Assembly (NCBI GenBank): GCA_038087875.1
Contig: CM075978.1
Span: 183,024,001 to 183,088,000, forward strand
Direction: 5' to 3'
DNA from: Malacoraja senta
Lineage: Eukaryota
DNA length: 64,000 nt
Shown here: positions 60,345 to 64,000 of the stretch, piece by piece
How positions within the stretch are numbered: the first letter of the stretch is position 1
How the letters are laid out: each line of letters opens with the position of its first letter
Position numbers and translations under genes: made by a program
The notes under the pieces: generated by a model
What the model was told of the DNA's origin: nothing
Databases searched by the model: none
What the model saw: only the letters and a program-made list of their open reading frames with translations

Positions 60345-60660
60345 GGGCGGCACTGTGGCTCAGCGGTGGAATTGCTGTCTCCCTAGAGACCTGTGTTTGA
60401 TCCTGACCACGGGTGCTGTCTGTACGGAGTTTGTATGTTTACCCCGTGACCTGCGTGGGTTTTCCCCGGGAACTCCGGTTTCCTCGCACACTCCAAAGAT
60501 GTACAGGTTTGTAGGCTAATTGGCTTTGGTAAAAATTGTAAATTGTCCCTAGTGTGTGTAGAATAGTGTTAGTGTGTGGGGGTTGCTGGTCGGCGCAGAC
60601 TCAGTGGGTCCGAAGGGCCTGTTTCTGTGCTGTATCTCAAAACTCAAATAAACTAAGAGT
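60345..60660 (+). mobile_element. HE1-like SINE (most complete copy)
   Basis: gggcggcactgtggctcagcggtgg head, core, and gaagggcctgtttctgtgctgtatctc-aaact(aa) tail. Confidence 0.9.
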
Positions 60661-60984
60661 AAACTACTGAACATAGTGTTATCTCTTCTTGACTTCATCC
60701 ATGTTTTTGGTGTTCCATGTGTAACTTTGAGATTGCAACTCGGGTTGCTTGCACTTGAGTTGTGAGTATCCAGTTAACATGACAGTAGCTGCACTCCAAG
60801 CAATGAGTATGGATGCTCGTGGTTCAAGCACTTCAGGGTACTTAAATAGAATCATAGCTTTCTCTCTCTACGCGTGCAACTCAGCCACTTTACATAGAGA
60901 AGGATTCATAGCTAATGAATTAATGGTATTTTGTCACATATACCCAGGTGTAATGAAATGCTTTGCATAAGATACACAAAGTAT

Positions 60985-61520
60985 GCAAAGAGTTGGCAAA
61001 GATTTAAAGATTGCATTGAGGAAGTACAATTGTTCATTCCTGCCTGGCATAAAAATAAAACAGGGAAGGCGGCTCAACCGTGGCTAACGAGGGAAATTAG
61101 GGATAGTGTTAAATCCAACGAAGAGGCACATAAATTGGCCAGAGGAAATAGCAAACCAGAGGACTGGGAGAAATTTAGAATTCAACAGAGGAAGACGAAG
61201 GGGTTAATTAAAAACTGACAGTAAAAGCTTCTTTATATATGTGGAGGAAAAGATTAGTGAAGACAGATCGAAATAGGTGAGTTTATAATGGGAAACAAGG
61301 AAATGGCTGACCAGTCAACAAGTATTTCTGGTCTGTCTTCACTAAGGAAGACACAAACAATCTCCCAGAAATACTAGGGGACCGAGGATCTAGTGGGAGG
61401 GAGGAACTTAGTCAGGAAAAAGGTGTTAGGTAAACTGTTGGGACTGACGGCAGATAAATCCCCAGGGCCTGATGGTCTGCATCCCAGAGGACCCAAGAAG
61501 GGGGTCCTAGAAATCATGGA
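60985..61520 (+). mobile_element. CR1 internal fragment (degraded)
   Basis: PWLTREIRDSV, DWEKFR, DKSPGPDGLHPR. Confidence 0.85.
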
Positions 61521-61912
61521 TGCATTGGTGATCTTTTTATGCCTGACCCGGCGAGTGTTCACAACTTTCTCAGTTTTGACTATATTTGAAAACAGCAAGT
61601 GCGCTGCTGGTTAGAGAGATGCCAAGATGTAATAAAGAACTGCAGATGGTTAGAGAGTCGCTAGTGATGGAGGGAGGGAGTCACAGGGCAAATCAACAGT
61701 GTCTGAAGAAACTGGGCATCCGAAGCATAGTAGCCAAAGACTTAAGGTCAAGAACAGTTGCAGAACAAAGAGGCATGAGAGAGTGGCCCCATAAACTACC
61801 TACAAAAACCTATTGACAGATTCATTAGTTTCTATTAAAAAAACAATGTTGAATTTAATTTAAAGGCTTCAATTTGTTGTCAGATCCTATGTTTGTGTCT
61901 TTTCTGCCTTAA

Positions 61913-63690
61913 AGGTCTGTCTCACTGTGCGAGTTGACCCACGAGTGACCCCGAGTGAAAGACTCGTGGTTGCGTACGAGACTACAAGTTTATGATCCAG
62001 AGTTTAACCGAGTTCCCACGGGTATGTCTAAGTTTGCCGCTTACTTCTCATTTCTGCGATGTTCCAAGTTCGTCTCCCGAGTGTACCAAGTTCCTCTCCC
62101 GTTAATCTTGAGGCAACAATGTATATCGAAGTGTTGAAAAATCATCACATGTTAAAAAAATGATGTCATGCCAGCCAAAGAACGTAGAGACTATTGTGTT
62201 TGCTGCATGTGTTCTGCACAACCTGATCCGTATCAGAGGTGCAGCTTCAGGATCAGCAACAGCCATGCAGGACGGTGACTTAGTGGACAGTCAAACAGGG
62301 AGAATAACACTAGGTGCGTGGAGGAGTGGTACAAACCACGAGACTTTGGTGCCACTGCAGTGTTTTCGAGGTAACACGGGGACCATCTCTGCTCCTACTA
62401 TAATTCAGAATTGGGCAGTGTGCCGTGGCAGGACAGCTTATTTTGAGCGGCTGCCGACCACAGGTACATCACTGCATGAGGAGAGCCCACATGCAGAAAA
62501 ATCCAGTTAATTTCATGTTTAGTTTAAATCCTGCTGACTTTTCATTGTTTAACTTTAAGTGTGGATTTTATTTTTTATTGTGGTGTAAAAGTAATTTCAT
62601 TGCATCTGTCTTCCTTTAAAACGTGGTTATCATGCATCTGCTTATCTGATTGTAGATCTCAAAACTTGTCATTTAGCACATTGCATTGTATCTTTTATTG
62701 CCTGAATTTAGACTTGTGCATTTCTCAGCTGAATTAGTATATCGTGGAAATACTTTTATTTGTGCTTCATTTGTTGATTTTCATGTATGAGAATCCCTTT
62801 TTCAGACCACTGTGTTGTTTGCTGTGGTGCTCCTTTTCTCAATATGTGCAAAAAAGCGTTTTTTATATTGAACAAGATGAATAAAGACTTTGTTTCACAT
62901 TCACCGTGCTGTTTGTCTTATTTTCTGATCTACTGAGAGGGGACAATTTTAAACATTTAAAAAGCACAGCATATGAGGCAGCTGAGTCCTTAAATCTCAC
63001 AAATGATTGTGAGAATCAAGATGTGAATATATTTTGCCTTCCTCTATTTTGTGTTTTATGATGAAAGGAATATTACATTCAAGTCATGAGACTTTGTAGT
63101 GATATTAAAATGAAGACTTCCAGACATCAATTTGATCTTGATAGCAATGAACTCTCTTTTATTGTGCAATGAAGTAAACAAACAGTGAGAATCAAATGGA
63201 TCAGCAAAAAGCTTTTCAACACAACACAACACAACACAAATTTATATATAAACTTCAAGCAATTTTTTCTTTTCAACCCACTCTGTCACCTTATCAATAA
63301 CTTGCTTAACTTTGTTAAGCATAATTTGTCTTTAAAAAGTCTAAGTAACTGATATTTCTGTCCCTGATTATTGTTTCTAAAAAGAGTTCCCACGGTAGAA
63401 TCACGAGTCACAAAGTTAAACGCACGGGCCACTACGTTCTTACAACGAGTTTAAATATTTCAAATTTTAACCTCAAGAGTACATTTTACTCGTGGAAAAG
63501 TTCAAACATGTTTGAACTTTTGCAAGAGTTAATAAGTTTCACGTGTACCTCCCGTTAGCGCCAAGAGTCGCTAAGTTGCGTCCACGAGTTCCGACGTTCC
63601 CGCTACGTTAATTGTACGTGATTACCACGAGTTAAATTTGTTTTAAACTCGGGGTCACTCGTGGGTCAACTCGCACAGTGAGACAGCCCT
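61913..63690 (+). mobile_element. PIF/Harbinger deletion derivative with a transposase C-terminal remnant (about 62160-62420)
   Basis: TIR AGG(T/G)CTGTCTCACTGTGCGAGTTGACCCACGAGTGACCCCGAGT at both ends; PKNVETIVFAACVLHNL is a Harbinger DDE C-terminal motif. TAA precedes the left end; the right TSD is not intact. Confidence 0.85.
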
Positions 63691-64000
63691 TTTACTTGTG
63701 GTTTGTGTAACTTCTGCATTTATTCACCTGCAATACACTGTGCAGAAAATCCAGAAGTAAGACTTCTTCATTTCATCATGGTTTCCTACACTTGGTGTGA
63801 GGGGAATGCCAGCCATCTGGTCTGCACCTGGGGGTTTACTCTGACCTTCAGATCATTTATAAATTGTTCAACAGTGGACAGTGCTAATGGGAATATGGCC
63901 GGCCATCATGTGTTCCTGCGCAAATTGGGTGGCCCAGTGGCACAGCTGGTAGAGCAGCTGGCAGCCAGGAGAACATGATGGCAAGTGTAGACAGAGAGTG

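Overview
Eukaryotic genomic DNA from a cartilaginous fish, probably a skate or ray (inferred from HE1-type SINEs and the dense CR1, L1/Tx1, Rex1 and Penelope-like content). One host gene can be fully reconstructed: a six-exon minus-strand type I membrane receptor at 193-17097 (336 aa; all splice sites GT-AG and phase-compatible). Its architecture is leader / V domain with a germline-encoded J-like G strand / C1-set domain / uncharged TM / tyrosine-motif tail, i.e. a non-rearranging VJ-C1 antigen-receptor-like IgSF gene. The ORF track shows it only as fragments. The rest of the window is mostly transposon sequence: a nested L1/CR1/Harbinger stack with readable TSDs (32-46 kb), two hAT elements with 8-bp TSDs, tandem Helitron-like units, a Gypsy LTR with a tRNA-Leu PBS, a near-full-length CR1 with an SGNH-esterase ORF1, a Rex1 RT, a Penelope-like RT remnant and a Harbinger remnant. 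A ~130-bp repeat present in about 20 places carries a minimal type I hammerhead ribozyme consensus with compensatory changes in helix I. All alignments were done by eye; repeat boundaries without a TSD are approximate, and family names come from motif recognition, not database searches.
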